The position numbers were made by a program, and so were the translations under genes. Shown one piece after another: positions 49,444-61,516 of a stretch of DNA of 64,000 bases (positions are counted from its first letter, which is position 1; every line of letters starts with the position of its first letter). This DNA is from Squalus acanthias (taxonomy: Eukaryota), in NCBI GenBank assembly GCA_030390025.1, contig CM059431.1, forward strand, positions 121,770,001 through 121,834,000. Direction: 5' to 3'. The notes beneath the pieces are model-generated. The model ran no database searches. It was not told the origin of the DNA and was given only the letters and a program-made list of their open reading frames with translations.

Positions 49444-51970
49444 TGTTCTCGCCATAAATACTCTGACTGACCTGTCAGTGTGTTTCCAGCACTTTTAGTT
49501 TTGTTTCAGATTTTCAGCATCTGAAGTTTTTTTTTGCTTTTTGTTCACAGGGGGAGATGGCTGCTGCAAAGTGCATCCTGCTGCATAATCGGCATTCCTG
49601 GTAGGCATTCAAATTACTGTAAGGCAGTGTGAGGATGCAGCAACTCATGTATGCTCAGTATACAGCATTAATATAAGGTTATGGTGGATTACCTTGCTTC
49701 GCCTGATCTAGTGAAGTAATTAAAATATTTGCAGCACTGCAGCCAGGTCATGCTAAATGGTGCACACTACTTTCACAATAGTAGCACCATATCTAATATA
49801 CCCCGAGTAGCTCAACGAGAGACTTGTCTGTGATTGCCAAATGGAGACTACCTGCACTCACTCAATTGCCCCATCTAAAAAAAATCTCTTTTAAACTGCT
49901 GCAGCTCTTTAAGCACATAATTTGTCACCCGAATAGGCCAAGCCCCCAATCAGAGGTGCTATTGATGACGAGCGCTCACTCCCTCAATGCTAATTAAACT
50001 GCTCTTGGAAATACGACCAGGGTCAGCACACTAATGGACAGTCATGTGCTAACTACTTACTGCCTGACTGCCATCCAATTGAAGGCCCAATCTGAAAATC
50101 CAGGCTGATATAACATTTACATTAGTTGGACTCTAGATGTTAGCGATCAGCACCAAAACTGAACTATATATCTGAAATGACCCGGTTCAAGTCAATTTGC
50201 TCTTGAATGGTTTTTCAGTGTCAAAGCCAATTAGCAGTGAAAGCACATCAGTTTATTTAACAATGTGGTGAGGCAGCACCATCTGTCAGCATTAATCGTT
50301 CACCATCCTAAATAAAGGTATTTTATTTTTGAGATTTAAAAAAATGGCAAATTCTGAAAGTCTAAAATAAAAGCAGAAAATGCTGTACAGAAACAGGTCT
50401 GTCAGTACCCAGAGAGGAAGAGCAGGATTGAGGACCTTTCCTCCGAATGAATTCTACTGAAGGATCTCTGCCTGAAATGTTAATCTATTTTTTTCTCATT
50501 TCAGATGCTAATGGGCTTATATTTCTAGCATTTCTAATTTAATTAGATAATTAGACACTTTAAGTTCCACACAAAGATTTTATGAATTCCTGCTCCCAGA
50601 CGAGAAATCTTGTGGGGCCTGCTGACCTTGCACCTAAATTTGTAGCAGTAATTCTTCCTCATGACTTTCATAGATTAGACCCTCTAATTTTCACAAAGAC
50701 ATGATTTATCTTCTATTATCTTCTAACTATTCTCTCCTGTGCCATCCATTTTGAACTTGCAAAATCAGGCCATCATAAACTTGGATTGCCATTCCCCCAA
50801 AAGATACCAACGGAATCCAAAATATAACTTCAAGCCAAGCTTTATGCATAGTTTTTGTACTTCTTAAATTTTATGCTGTGAATAGTCAACATTTTCTGAT
50901 TTGTAGTCAGGCATTCTTACTTTTACAGTCCATGAGAAAGGCTGGTATAGGAACAAGAAATGTCACTCTGATGAAGTAGGATGAGGTAGAGTCTGAGGCA
51001 AAGACTTATTGGATATGATTTTTCTCTGACTGGGTGCCAACAGTCTGTAGGGAAAAAGTGATATTTAGCACTGCCTATTCATCACAGTCATTCCGATCAA
51101 TTGAATTATAGTATAGTTTAAATGCTAATGAGATAAATAACGATTTAAATGTACAGGATTCAGCCTGTGTTTTGGAAAAAGTGAACAAGATGATGTAGTG
51201 GAAGCAATAAATGTCTAGCAGACAATTTAGAGAATTATTTCAGATGTAACAAATGGCAGAAATCCTGAGGCACAAAGACATCTGCCAGGGGGGCAGCAGG
51301 CAGCAATGTCACCCATAAAAGAAGATTTTTCTCTTATAAAAAAGTGTTAAAAAATTTCCCCCATGAATGTTTAGACTCTTGTCACCTTTAGATTTAGACT
51401 CCAGGCTGTCATCCTGTTTGTAGGATTGTAAAGCCTTGGCGTTTTACAGTTCAGCAGTGGGAATAAAACCAGGTCCCACAGAGCTCCACCAACAGCAGTA
51501 CAGTTAAGACATAATGGCCCGTATTTTCCAATCCCTACGGGTGCGTACGAGCTGTGTACAGACCCGTAGGGACCCGTGCAAGTGCCGGTTTCAGGCATGC
51601 GAAGCGCATGCGCTGAAAACCGGCCCTTCCGATCTGCCAAGAATCCTCTTGACAGATCCTCCGCCTGCCCTGGAGAAGGGCCTCTGCAGGGCAGAGAGTT
51701 CCGCTTTCTGCACAACCTCTGCCCGCTGAAATCCCTTAAAAACCTTACGCCTGGTAAAAGCCTGCGTAAGGCCTGTTTTTACCAGCATAAGAGTTTTAAA
51801 AAGTAAAAAAATTTTTTTTTTTCACTCATTTATAATTTAAAAATACTTTTTTAAAAAGGTACATTTATTTTTAGCCCCGTAAAAAACTTTAATTTTCTTT
51901 TCAAAAACTGTAGCCAAATTTGCTGACGATGCAAAGATAGGTGAGAAAGCAAGTTGTGAGGAGAACATTT

Positions 51971-52815
51971 GGGGGTGATTTTGCCAGCCCTGGGGAGGCA
52001 GGTTTGGAGGCCAGACTGCCGGGAAAATGGCAGAATCTGGGGGCGGGTACCCATCCCGCCCCCAACCCTCCTCCATGCCATCTTCCCAGGAGGCGGGTAC
52101 CCGACCCGCGCCGGGTCCCATCTCCTCGAGGCGGGAAGGGGATTACAGCCACTTAACTGCCTGTTAACAGGTAGTTAACAGACAGTTTTTTGGCTAATCC
52201 CTATTTTGAGCCCTGAAATGTGGGCTTCCCAACGGCTCCAAACCTCGCCAGGGTCAGGGAAGCGGGCCGTCAGTCTGCGGGAGTCGGAGGGGCCGAGATG
52301 TCCGGTGTGTAGGTGAGTGATGGGTGCATGTGTGCAGAGGTAAGTGTGTGAGGTGAGTGTAAAGTGTTTTAATAAGTTTTACTTACCTTTACTTCTTCCT
52401 GCAGGCTTCCTCCCTTCAGGTCTCGGGAGTCCCTTAGCTCACCAGCACAGAAAGCAGAATGGCCGCTGAACTGTCAAAAGCTGCAGCCTTCTGCTTTCTG
52501 CTCAGGAAGGCTTTCTAATTGAGTCTTGAGTAAAGACTCAACATAGAAGACAGATTGTCAGTGTTTGACAGCTGCACAGAGCTGTCAAACACTGACATTT
52601 CATCTGTCAAAAGCTCTTGACAGATGAAACGTCGCTCGTTGACGTCACATGTAACCGGCTTTCCCTTAATTGGCCTGCTAAGCCTACTGTGCGGGCTTAA
52701 CAAGGTCAATCAAGGGAAAATAGCGTGGGTTGGCCACAAGTCGATGGAGGTGGGACTAAAACCCGACAAGTGGGAGTCCCGCCTCCAAAAGCTCCCCATT
52801 GACAAAATCCAGCCC
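51971..52815. mobile_element. Harbinger-type MITE with an internal 18-bp hairpin
   Basis: Ends GGGGGTGATTTTGCC...GACAAAATCCAGCCC; interrupts the CR1; related to 58541-59375. Confidence 0.8.
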
Positions 52816-53367
52816 AAAGAGTCTGCAAAGTGATATAGATAGGTTAAGTGAGTGGGCAAAAAATTGGCAGATGGAGTTTCATGTGGGAAAATGAGAGGTT
52901 ATCAACTTTGGTAGGAAGAATAGAAAAGCAAAATATTATTTAAATGGAGAGAGACTACAGAATGCTGCGGTACAGAGGGATCTGGGTGTCTTCGTACATG
53001 AAACACAAAGGGGTAGAAATTAGGTCGCGCCCCATTTGGGGCGCAAATATCGTCCGGACGCAAATATTAGCGCCTGGCGCTAATTATCGGCACTGACAGG
53101 AAACTTCACTTTTACCGCCCCGGGAGGTGAGTGGAGCGCTAAAGCAGGCGCTGCACACCTCTCTTAAGGCGCAAAGACCAAGGAGTGAGGCGCTAACTCA
53201 GCGCGCGAGCGCAGCACAGCTGCTGCCAGTTAGCGAGGGAACACAGACACACTGGCGCCGGACACTTCTTAAAGCGGGGGGGGCCACTTGCTCCCCAGCC
53301 ACACCCTGCTCATTGCAGCCTTGAATCTCAGCCTGGAGAGACCTGTGAATCCATTTTGCTGCCAAGC

Positions 53368-55408
53368 ATGGAGAGGGTGAGAGAACGCGCTCATCACTTC
53401 ACCGAGCGGGCCTTGGATGCTCTGGTTGACGCAGTGGAGCGCAGACGATGTATGCTGTTCCCTGAGAGTGGCAGGAGGCCTTTGCCACGCGAGTTCAGAA
53501 GAGTGTGGAGGGAGGTGGCTCAGAGCGTCTCCTCCAGGAGCATGGTGCCCAGGACCCATACTCAATGCCGCAAAAAGTTCAACGACCTCACTCGGGTCGT
53601 CAGGGTGAGTGGCTTTTTCTCAATACCTCTCCATCCCTCCATCTCAACCTCACTCTATGGCCAGAGGGTCTTAAAACCCCAATGCACAACACTCATCCAA
53701 CACCTATGGCCCTTTCATCAAACACACACACACATTCCACACTTTGCATACAGTAAGGGCTATTCACCTATGGGAGGCACATCAGGCAAGACCATGGCTG
53801 TATATTGTAAGGGCTATTCACCTATGGGAGGCACATCAGACAAGACCATGGCTGTATATTGTAAGGGCTATTCACCTATGGGAGGCACATCAGACAAGAC
53901 CATGGCTGTATATTGTAAGGGCTATTCACCTATGGGAGGCACATCAGACAAGACCATGGCTGTATATTGTAAGGGCTATTCACCTATGGGAGGCACATCA
54001 GGCAAGACCATGGCTGTATATTGTAAGGGCTATTCACCTATGGGAGGCACATCAGGCAAGACCATGGCTGTATATTTACTCAGATGCTGTCCTTTTTCTT
54101 GCAGGCTAAGCTGGCTCATAATAGGAGACAGCAGCAACGGACAGGTGGAGGGCGGCTTCAGCTGCAACCCCTCAGCGATCTGGAGGAGCGCGTCCACAGG
54201 ATTGTGGCAAGCCGGGTGATCGGTCCCGTCGCCACTGGAGACGCCGACCCCGTTCTGGACAGCAATGGTAAGGTCATCACCTTTTTGTCCTCTGTCCTTC
54301 CACTTGTCCCTCACAACACCAGCCTTTGACACTTTCAATCCAACTTGCTAACTCGCTGCACTTATTCCTCCCTTACTGCCACCCTGTCCTCACGCTAAAG
54401 CCACTCTTGTACCTCCCTGCTTTCAGATGGTGATTCACCAGCTGAGGAGACGGGCCCTGAAGCTGCCACTGGGAGTGATGCTGCAGCTGAGGAGGAAGAG
54501 GAAGCCAGAGCATCAGTGCGACCCTCTCCCGAGGAAGCCCATGCCCACACTGGGAACACGCCTTCCCCGGAGGGGAGCAGGGGGGAAGGGGCTGATGATG
54601 GTGAAGCTCCAGGACCCAGCGGGCTGCAGCGACGCCATGGGGGGGGGTAGGGGAAGAACGGGGGCCTTCTCCCCAGAGGGAGAGTATGCCAGACACTCCT
54701 ACTGCAATGGACGCAGAGGAGGAGCGGCTGATTGCAGAAATGAACACCCAGGCGGTGGGCATGGACACTGAGCTCATGGGTGCAGTGGGAAGGGTGCCCG
54801 ATTGCATTGAGTCACTGGCAAGGAGTGTGGAGCACTTCGCTGTAGCACAGGCGGATGCCACACTAACGCTTAGTGCTGCAATTCAGTCACTGGCTGCCGT
54901 GATCCCACCTCTGACTGCTCTCATACAGACTCAGATGGAGGCCACGCGAGCACAGACTGCTGCCAACCTCGATGGTTCGTGCACATGTCCCCGGGGCTGA
55001 CACCGCGCCGCAGCAGGCCAGCAATCTGTTCTCCGGCAAATTGCTCCGGATGCTGAAGTGCTGCCCCGTGGGAGTGCCAGTGTGTCGGGCGAGCAGGGAG
55101 TTGCTGGCCTCTCTCACGATGACAACATTCCTGCTGCCAACACTGTCACTTCTCCACTGCACTTGCCACCGCCTGTAGGACAGACTGCTGCCGCCCATGC
55201 AGAGTTGGTGCAGTCTGCAGCCAGGCCCTCCAGGCCCAGAAGTGGTCGAGGCCGTCCTTCAGGGGCATCTGCAGTGTCAGGGTCTGACGAGCAGCAGCCT
55301 TCCACCAGCCTTGCTGCAGCCACTGAGGTCCCATTACGGAGGAGCAGTAGGGTTAGAAGGGGGGAAGTGCGCAAGGGAAGGAGATCACCCTCGAAGGGCA
55401 AAAAGTAG
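53368..55408 (+). pseudogene. Harbinger Myb/SANT-like DNA-binding protein gene, 3 exons (53368-53604, 54105-54267, 54427-55408), disrupted
   Basis: FTERALDALVDAV...W..VA...RTHTQCRKKFNDL; GT-AG introns in matching phase; frameshift in the G9 run at 54639-54647 and an in-frame TGA at 54998-55000. Confidence 0.85.
53753..54076. repeat. 54-bp minisatellite, 6 copies, in Myb intron 1
   Basis: Unit gtaagggctattcacctatgggaggcacatcag(a/g)caagaccatggctgtatatt. Confidence 0.97.
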
Positions 55409-55702
55409 GAGGTGTGACAAAATGCTGGTCATTTTTTTATTAAAGGCCGAGGTTCATGGTCCAACTTTTGTTTAGTGTTTTGGACATTATCTCCAGGTTG
55501 TGAGAACCAGTTATGTTATTGACTGTTTTTTTGTGTTTATTTCTATGAGTTTGTCATGAGGAATTGACACACACAGAGTTTGTAAAATAAATAAGTTTCT
55601 GTATTCAAAATATACATGGCTGGTGGTTGGAATTATTGGTGCCTTGGCCGGCTTAGAGGTTGCGTGCTGGGTTGATTAGTGTTTGTAGCAATGGCAGGGG
55701 CC

Positions 55703-56863
55703 CTAGAAGCGGCTTGCTATTAGTCGTTGACGGACGGCCCTTGCAGTTTGACCATTGTGGGCCGCCCTCCTGCCTTGGTGCTGCTGATGATCATCGTCCT
55801 CGTCCTCTTCCTCCTCTTCCTCCTCCTCCTCTGGTGGTGCTACAAGGCCTGGTGGCATTGGCTGGGTCCTGAGGATTGCCATGTTGTGCAACATGCAGCA
55901 CACGACTACGAAGTTCGAAACTTGCTCAGGCGAGTACTGCAGGGCTCCTCCGGAATGGTCCAGACAGCGGAACCGTTGTTTCAGCACGCCGATTGTGCGC
56001 TCAATAATGTTCCTGGTTGCTTGATGGCTTTCATTGTACCGCAGCTCAGCAGGGGTGTTTGGCGTACGGAGCGGTGTCATCAGCCAGGTGCTCAATGCGT
56101 ACCCCTTGTCCCCCAGAAGCCAACCAACTGGCTGATGCGGTGCCTCGAAAACTTCTGCCACAGTAGTCTGGCGCAGGATGAAAGCATCGTGGCAGCTGCC
56201 CGGATAGTGGGCATTGACAGCGAGTATCACCTGTCTGTGGTCACAGACCAACTGCACATTCAAGGAATGGAACCCCTTTCTGTTCCTGAATTCCTCTGCA
56301 TTCTCTCGCGGAGCACGCAAAGCCACATGCGTGCAGTCAATGGCGCCCTGCACCATGGGGAAGCCCGCTACCCTCGCAAAGCCCAGAGCACGGTCACGCT
56401 GCTTGTCTGGGGTCATAGGGAAAGAGATGAAGTCTCGTCTCCTTCTGAAGAGGGCATTGGTGACCTGCCGGATGCAGCGATGCACCGCAAACTGGGAGAT
56501 ATTGGCGAGGTCCCCAACAGCAGCTTGGAATGAGCCAGTGGCGTAGAAGTTCAAAGCCACTGTGACCTTCACTGCCACCGACAGAGACGTCCTGGACCTC
56601 AGCTGAGGCTGCAGATCTGGCTGCAGCAGGTGGCAGAGCTCAGTGACCAGCTCCTTGCTGAATCGCAGCCTTCGCAAACACAGCTCCTCGGACATATGGA
56701 TGTAGGAGAGCTGTTCACGATATACCCTGGGAGGGTAAGCTCTCCTGTACATGCGCCTGATGGCCCTCCTCCGTCTGGCCATCATTGCCACTCTCTGTCT
56801 GCGTCTTGGTATCCTCCGATTCAGCTGGAGCAGGACGAGGCCCCCAATCATTGCAGCCCCCAT
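55703..56863 (-). CDS. Intact Harbinger DDE transposase (HARBI1-like, 386 aa)
   Basis: GAIDCTHV, NRKGFHSLNVQLVCD, YPGSCHDAFIL, GDKGY and RNIIERTIGVLKQRFRCL in an uninterrupted ORF. Confidence 0.95.
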   Translation of the reverse strand: MGAAMIGGLVLLQLNRRIPRRRQRVAMMARRRRAIRRMYRRAYPPRVYREQLSYIHMSEELCLRRLRFSKELVTELCHLLQPDLQPQLRSRTSLSVAVKVTVALNFYATGSFQAAVGDLANISQFAVHRCIRQVTNALFRRRRDFISFPMTPDKQRDRALGFARVAGFPMVQGAIDCTHVALRAPRENAEEFRNRKGFHSLNVQLVCDHRQVILAVNAHYPGSCHDAFILRQTTVAEVFEAPHQPVGWLLGDKGYALSTWLMTPLRTPNTPAELRYNESHQATRNIIERTIGVLKQRFRCLDHSGGALQYSPEQVSNFVVVCCMLHNMAILRTQPMPPGLVAPPEEEEEEEEEDEDDDHQQHQGRRAAHNGQTARAVRQRLIASRF

Positions 56864-58540
56864 ATTCTCTTTGCCAGAAAAGTAATGAGGTACAGCAACT
56901 AAAGTAGCAACAAAGTTAGGATGAATAGGCAAAACTACCTCACAAAGCGTTGAGTCAATGTAGAAGTCTCTCTCTCTCTCTCTCCGAATCTCTCTCTCTC
57001 TCTCAGAACGAGTGGTGCATAAATGTCGACCACAGAAAAAGACAGGAAGAGGCCCCCTTTAAATAGCGCCCCCCCCAGCCCCACACCGATTGATAACGTT
57101 CCAGTCTTCCGGTCGTTGGAAGCGCCAGGCGGTAAGGCAGGGGGCGCCACTCAATTTCTGCTCCGGGGCGCCCCAAGGGCGTTGCACCATGGAATGACGT
57201 CACAATCTGCGCGCGCAGGTGGTCGCAGCGGTAAGTTTTAGCGCCGCCGCACAATCTCAAGTTAAGTTCTCGAGCGGCGCAAACATCGCTGCGCCCGGGC
57301 GTTAGCGGCTTAACGCCCCATTAGCGCCCTCTTAAGGCGCTAACGGGAGGCGCAACCAAGTGAATTTTTACCCCAAAAAGTTAGCTTGCAGGTACAGCAA
57401 GTAATTAGGAAGGCAAATGAAATGTTGGCCTTTATTGCAAGGGGATTGGAGTATAAAAGTAGGGAAGTCTTGCTAAAAATGTACAGGACGTTGGTGAGAC
57501 CACACCTAGAGTACTGCGTACAGCTTTGGTCTCCTTATTTAAGAAGGGATATACTTGCATTAGAGGCAGTTCAGAGAAGGTTCACTAGGTTGATTCCTGG
57601 GATGAAGGGGTTGTCTTATGAGAAAAGGTTGAGCAGGTTGGGCCTATAATCATTGGAGTTTAGAAGAATAGTGATCTTATTGAAACATGTAAGATTCTGA
57701 GGGGGCTTGACAGGGTAGATGCTGAGAAGATGTTTCCTCTCGTGTGAAATCTACAAATAGGGGGCATAGTTTCAGAATAAGGGGCCCCCAATTTAAGACA
57801 GAGAGGAGGAATTTCTTCTCTCAGAGGGTCGTAAATCTTTGGAATTCTCTACCCCAGAGAGCTGTGGAGGCTGAGTTATTGAATATATTCAAGGCTGAGA
57901 TAGACCGATTTTTGAACTACAGGGGAATCAAGGGTTATGGGAAACAGACAGAAAACTGGAGTTAAGGCCAAGATCAGATCAGCCATGATCTTATTGAATG
58001 GCGGAGCAGGCTCAAGGGGCCAACTGGCCTACTCCTGCTCCTATTTCTTATGTTCTTAGACAGTGAAGACAAAAGCTGCTGTCCCAGGAATTCCACTATT
58101 TACGCCAGAATTGCACCTGACTTAGGTTAAGCTTGCAGAAAAGAAGGGCAAGTTATCTGAATGACTTGTCAAACCAGGAATGCTTGAGTTCACAGCCTTT
58201 TAATAACCACAAACTTTGAAACATCAACTTTGACTGAATTAATTAGAAAGAAAATACAGCTATGCAACTAAAAAGAGATTCTGCAAGCTGCTTTTCAGCA
58301 TTTGCAGTAATGTAATTTTTTGCAGCCCACCCTTCTATCATGGTTTCTTACCATGGGGTTTGCTATGGAGGCAGAAGAAAATCAGGAGGAAGAGGCAAAG
58401 AGTGACATCAAAGATGAAGAACAACAACTAGGAGATACCCTTTCAGCAGTCTGCAGACCACGCTGCTCCCTCTATGATGTCTTGGAAGAGGTATAAAAAT
58501 AAGCCAACGGTTAGGTGAGGAGGCATAGAACAAACTCTAT

Positions 58541-59375
58541 GGGCTGGATTTTGCCAGCCCCGAGGAGGCGGGACTGCCGGTAAAGTTGCAAAAAGTAGGG
58601 GCGGATGGCAAACCCGCCCCCATCTCCCTTCCGTGCCCTTTTGCCAAGAGGCGGGAAGCCGTTCTGACCCAGGGTCCCATCTCCTCGAGGCGGGAAAGGG
58701 ATTAAATCCTTTTAACTGCCTCTTAACAGGTAGTTAAAAGGCAGAAAAAAGGATTAGTCCCATTTTACCTTTTCAAGTGCAGGCTTCCCGACCTCGGAGA
58801 ACCCCAACGGAGTGGAGGAGTCGAGTAGGAGGTCTGCAGGGGTCGGAGGGGTCTGAAAGTGCAATGTAGAGGTGAGTGAATGGGTGCAAGTGTGGAGTGG
58901 TAAGTATGTGAGGTGAGTGTGAAGTGTTAGAAAATGTTCACTTACCTTTGTTTCTGACTACAGCCTTCAGCCGCCCTGGATCCGGAGTCCCGACATCTTC
59001 ATTGTAGATTTCACAGACTGGCTGATGGATCCTCCGAACCAACAGTCATCTGATTTCTACAACGTAGAAAGGTTTGATGAGTCCTGAACACAAGGGCTCA
59101 TCAAACTATACAGAATATCAGTGTTTGACAGCTTCACAGAGCTGTCAAATGCTGACATTTCTTCTTTCAAGAAATCTTGACAGATGGCACGTCAGACGTT
59201 GGCGTGCTCTGTCAGTGACTTCCTCCTAATTGGCCTGCTGAGCCCGCAGGGCAGGCTTAACAAGGTCAATCAGGGGAAAATCCCGCTGGTTGGCCAGAAG
59301 ATGATGGAGGTGGGACTGAGACCCGACAAGCAGCAGTCCCGCCTCCAACACGTCTCCATTCAGAAAATCTAGCCC
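58541..59375. mobile_element. Harbinger-type MITE, same family as 51971-52815
   Basis: Ends GGGCTGGATTTT...AAAATCTAGCCC; colinear similarity including the hairpin. Confidence 0.8.
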
Positions 59376-61204
59376 AGAGTCTCATTGCAAAATGACTTCC
59401 AAACATCCTCTCAAATGAAAAAACAGAAAGAACAGAGTTACTTCAGAATATTGGACTTCAAATTACTAAGTATTTTTACTGCACACATATATATTTACAG
59501 CAGTGCTTCTTATTACCACCATCCCTACTCTTGGTGCTGTAGCACTTTCTCTTACTACTGTTCGGACCTCGAGAATTACAAATTAGCTTAACAATGACAG
59601 ACAAGGATGTGATCAATAAAATTGGTCTTTTAATCAGACTATAGTTCAAAATTCAAGTGTACAAGAAGCACCTTTGTCAATAAATGCAAAGAAATCCCGG
59701 CAATAAATATGCCTGCAACTTATCAATTCAAAGTATATAAAAGTGCCCCTTTAATGATTCAAATGTACATAAAAGTACCCCCTTTAACAATATCTAAGCC
59801 CATGTCCAACTTTCATACATACTCCTTCATTTCTGGGTGATCGGTCAAAGAAACTGTAAGTCGAAACATAAACTGGCCGGCTTTCTCATTTCAATCTTCC
59901 TCCTGCTTTGTCTTCTGTGTTCTTCTTCTTATCTCTGAAAACTCCCGCCACTGGGTTATAAGGCCTCGTTGATCGTAAATTACTCTCTGCCTCCCTTGGA
60001 TCGGTCTGTTCCACTCCAAACCTTCCCTGATTGGAGTTCCATCCACATGACACATTCCTGCTCCTGTGAGATGTATGTTCTCCCCTTCTTGTCCAGGTGG
60101 CCTCTCAAACAAAGAAGACATACTGACCACCATTTTGTGTCTTCACAAACAAAGACCACCTGCTGATTTCTTACATTTTAAATCCGTCCGTTATCATCTT
60201 ACAATTCGTTCGCAATTTTGATCTCCACACGGTAGCAGCGGTTTTATTACACTTTTCAGAATCTTACAGTGCCTCTCTGCATTGTCCTTAAAACAGTCCT
60301 GGTGCTGCTCTGAGGCGACACCTGAAGGCCAGGGTCACTAGCAGTGCTTGTTTGCACTGTGATATCATAAGTTTCTTGGGACTGAGACAGTCCTCATCTC
60401 AGGGCTTCTAAGTTCTGAGAAAACTTACCAGCAGGTTGTGTCACCATTGCAGGTGCATGGACAGCCCAGTCCTGAAACCTGTGTGAAGAGATATCTGAGA
60501 GGATTGGGTGGAAAAGTCACCTGATCTGTCATCAGAAGAGAGGTCAGCATCATGAAGGTAGATTCTAGCAACACCACAGGGCAGACCTGATGGTATTCAT
60601 TAGATTTTGAAGACACTGAGAGATGTTGCCCCAAAGCTTTCCATCATTCTTTTAAAACAATCCCGCAAGGCCTGTAGGTCAATAGTCAAAGCATCCATTT
60701 TGAATGCATGACTGGTCTGGAGACCACTCTGTCATGAGGGATGGATGCGGATGCACAGGGTGCCATTACTCGCTCCAAGTAGTGCTGCATTCTGTTGAAT
60801 CCCTCTCTGATTTTGGCGCTGAGGATGCAATGGACTCTGCTGTGATCTCTGCCACCTGTCTGTGCACTCTTCCTAATTGGTTGCTGCTGCTCCTCATCCT
60901 CCAGTCCCAAAAGGTGAACCCAGCAGAACACCTGGATAAAAGCAGCGAGAGTAAAACATTTAAGACAGCTGTCAACCTGAATAGTCCTGAATTCAAAGCA
61001 CAGAAAACTCAAAAAAGTTCCTTGGAGAAATTTTGAAACACTGCGACTGCAGCCAAAACAGCCAAAAGAAAAAGATCCGCAAGCGCTCTAACGGCCTAAA
61101 ACGAACAACAAGAGACTTATCTTAATGGAGGTGAAGATCCCTCTAAAGCACTTCAGAAGCTTGCTTCCTCACTGTTCCCACAATGAGTTGCTAGGCAGGC
61201 TTAA

Positions 61205-61516
61205 GGACTCAACATTGAGTTCAACAATTTCAGATCCATATTTTTTGGACGTCAGCTGTTGGTAATGTTCTGCTATTGTCATTTACACCTCCTCTAGACC
61301 CATCTTTTGTTTCTTTACATGTCCCATTACCATCCCCTTTTGCCTTGCGTCATCGTCCCTTTTGTCATTTATCTCTCCTGCCTTCCACCCTATCACAGAA
61401 ACTTCCCTTCAGATCTTTTCTCCCCAACCCCCTTTGCCTGCCTCAACACTTGCTTAAAACCTGTTCCATCTCTAACTTTTTCCAGTTCTGATGCAAGGAC
61501 ATCGACCTGAAACGTT
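61205..61516 (+). mobile_element. Penelope-like 3' repeat with a degenerate hammerhead-like core
   Basis: Similar to the reverse complement of 36935-37260; CTGATGC-AAGGACATCGACCT-GAAACGTT. Confidence 0.75.

Larger units (their letters stand above)
53010..57374. mobile_element. Full-length PIF/Harbinger DNA transposon (4365 bp)
   Basis: TIRs GGGGTAGAAATT and AATTTTTACCCC; 3-bp AAA TSD whose removal restores the CR1 reading E-T-Q-K-V-S; convergent Myb and transposase genes. Confidence 0.95.
51903..58057 (+). mobile_element. CR1 LINE 3' part split in three (51903-51967, 52816-53009, 57375-58057)
   Basis: KFADDAKI, LGVFVHETQ|KVSLQVQQVIRKAN, RPHLEYCVQLW and a TTCTTATG tail. Confidence 0.9.

Noticed and set aside
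53753..54076. CRISPR-like array
   Set aside because: Head-to-tail tandem units without unique spacers, in eukaryotic DNA.
55703..56863. Host HARBI1 gene
   Set aside because: Enclosed by TIRs and a TSD inside a CR1, with many related copies: a transposon, not the domesticated gene.
59800..60200. Possible L1 ORF1 C-terminal remnant on the minus strand
   Set aside because: Resemblance (WREFSEIRRR...DHPEMKE) too weak to call without a profile search.
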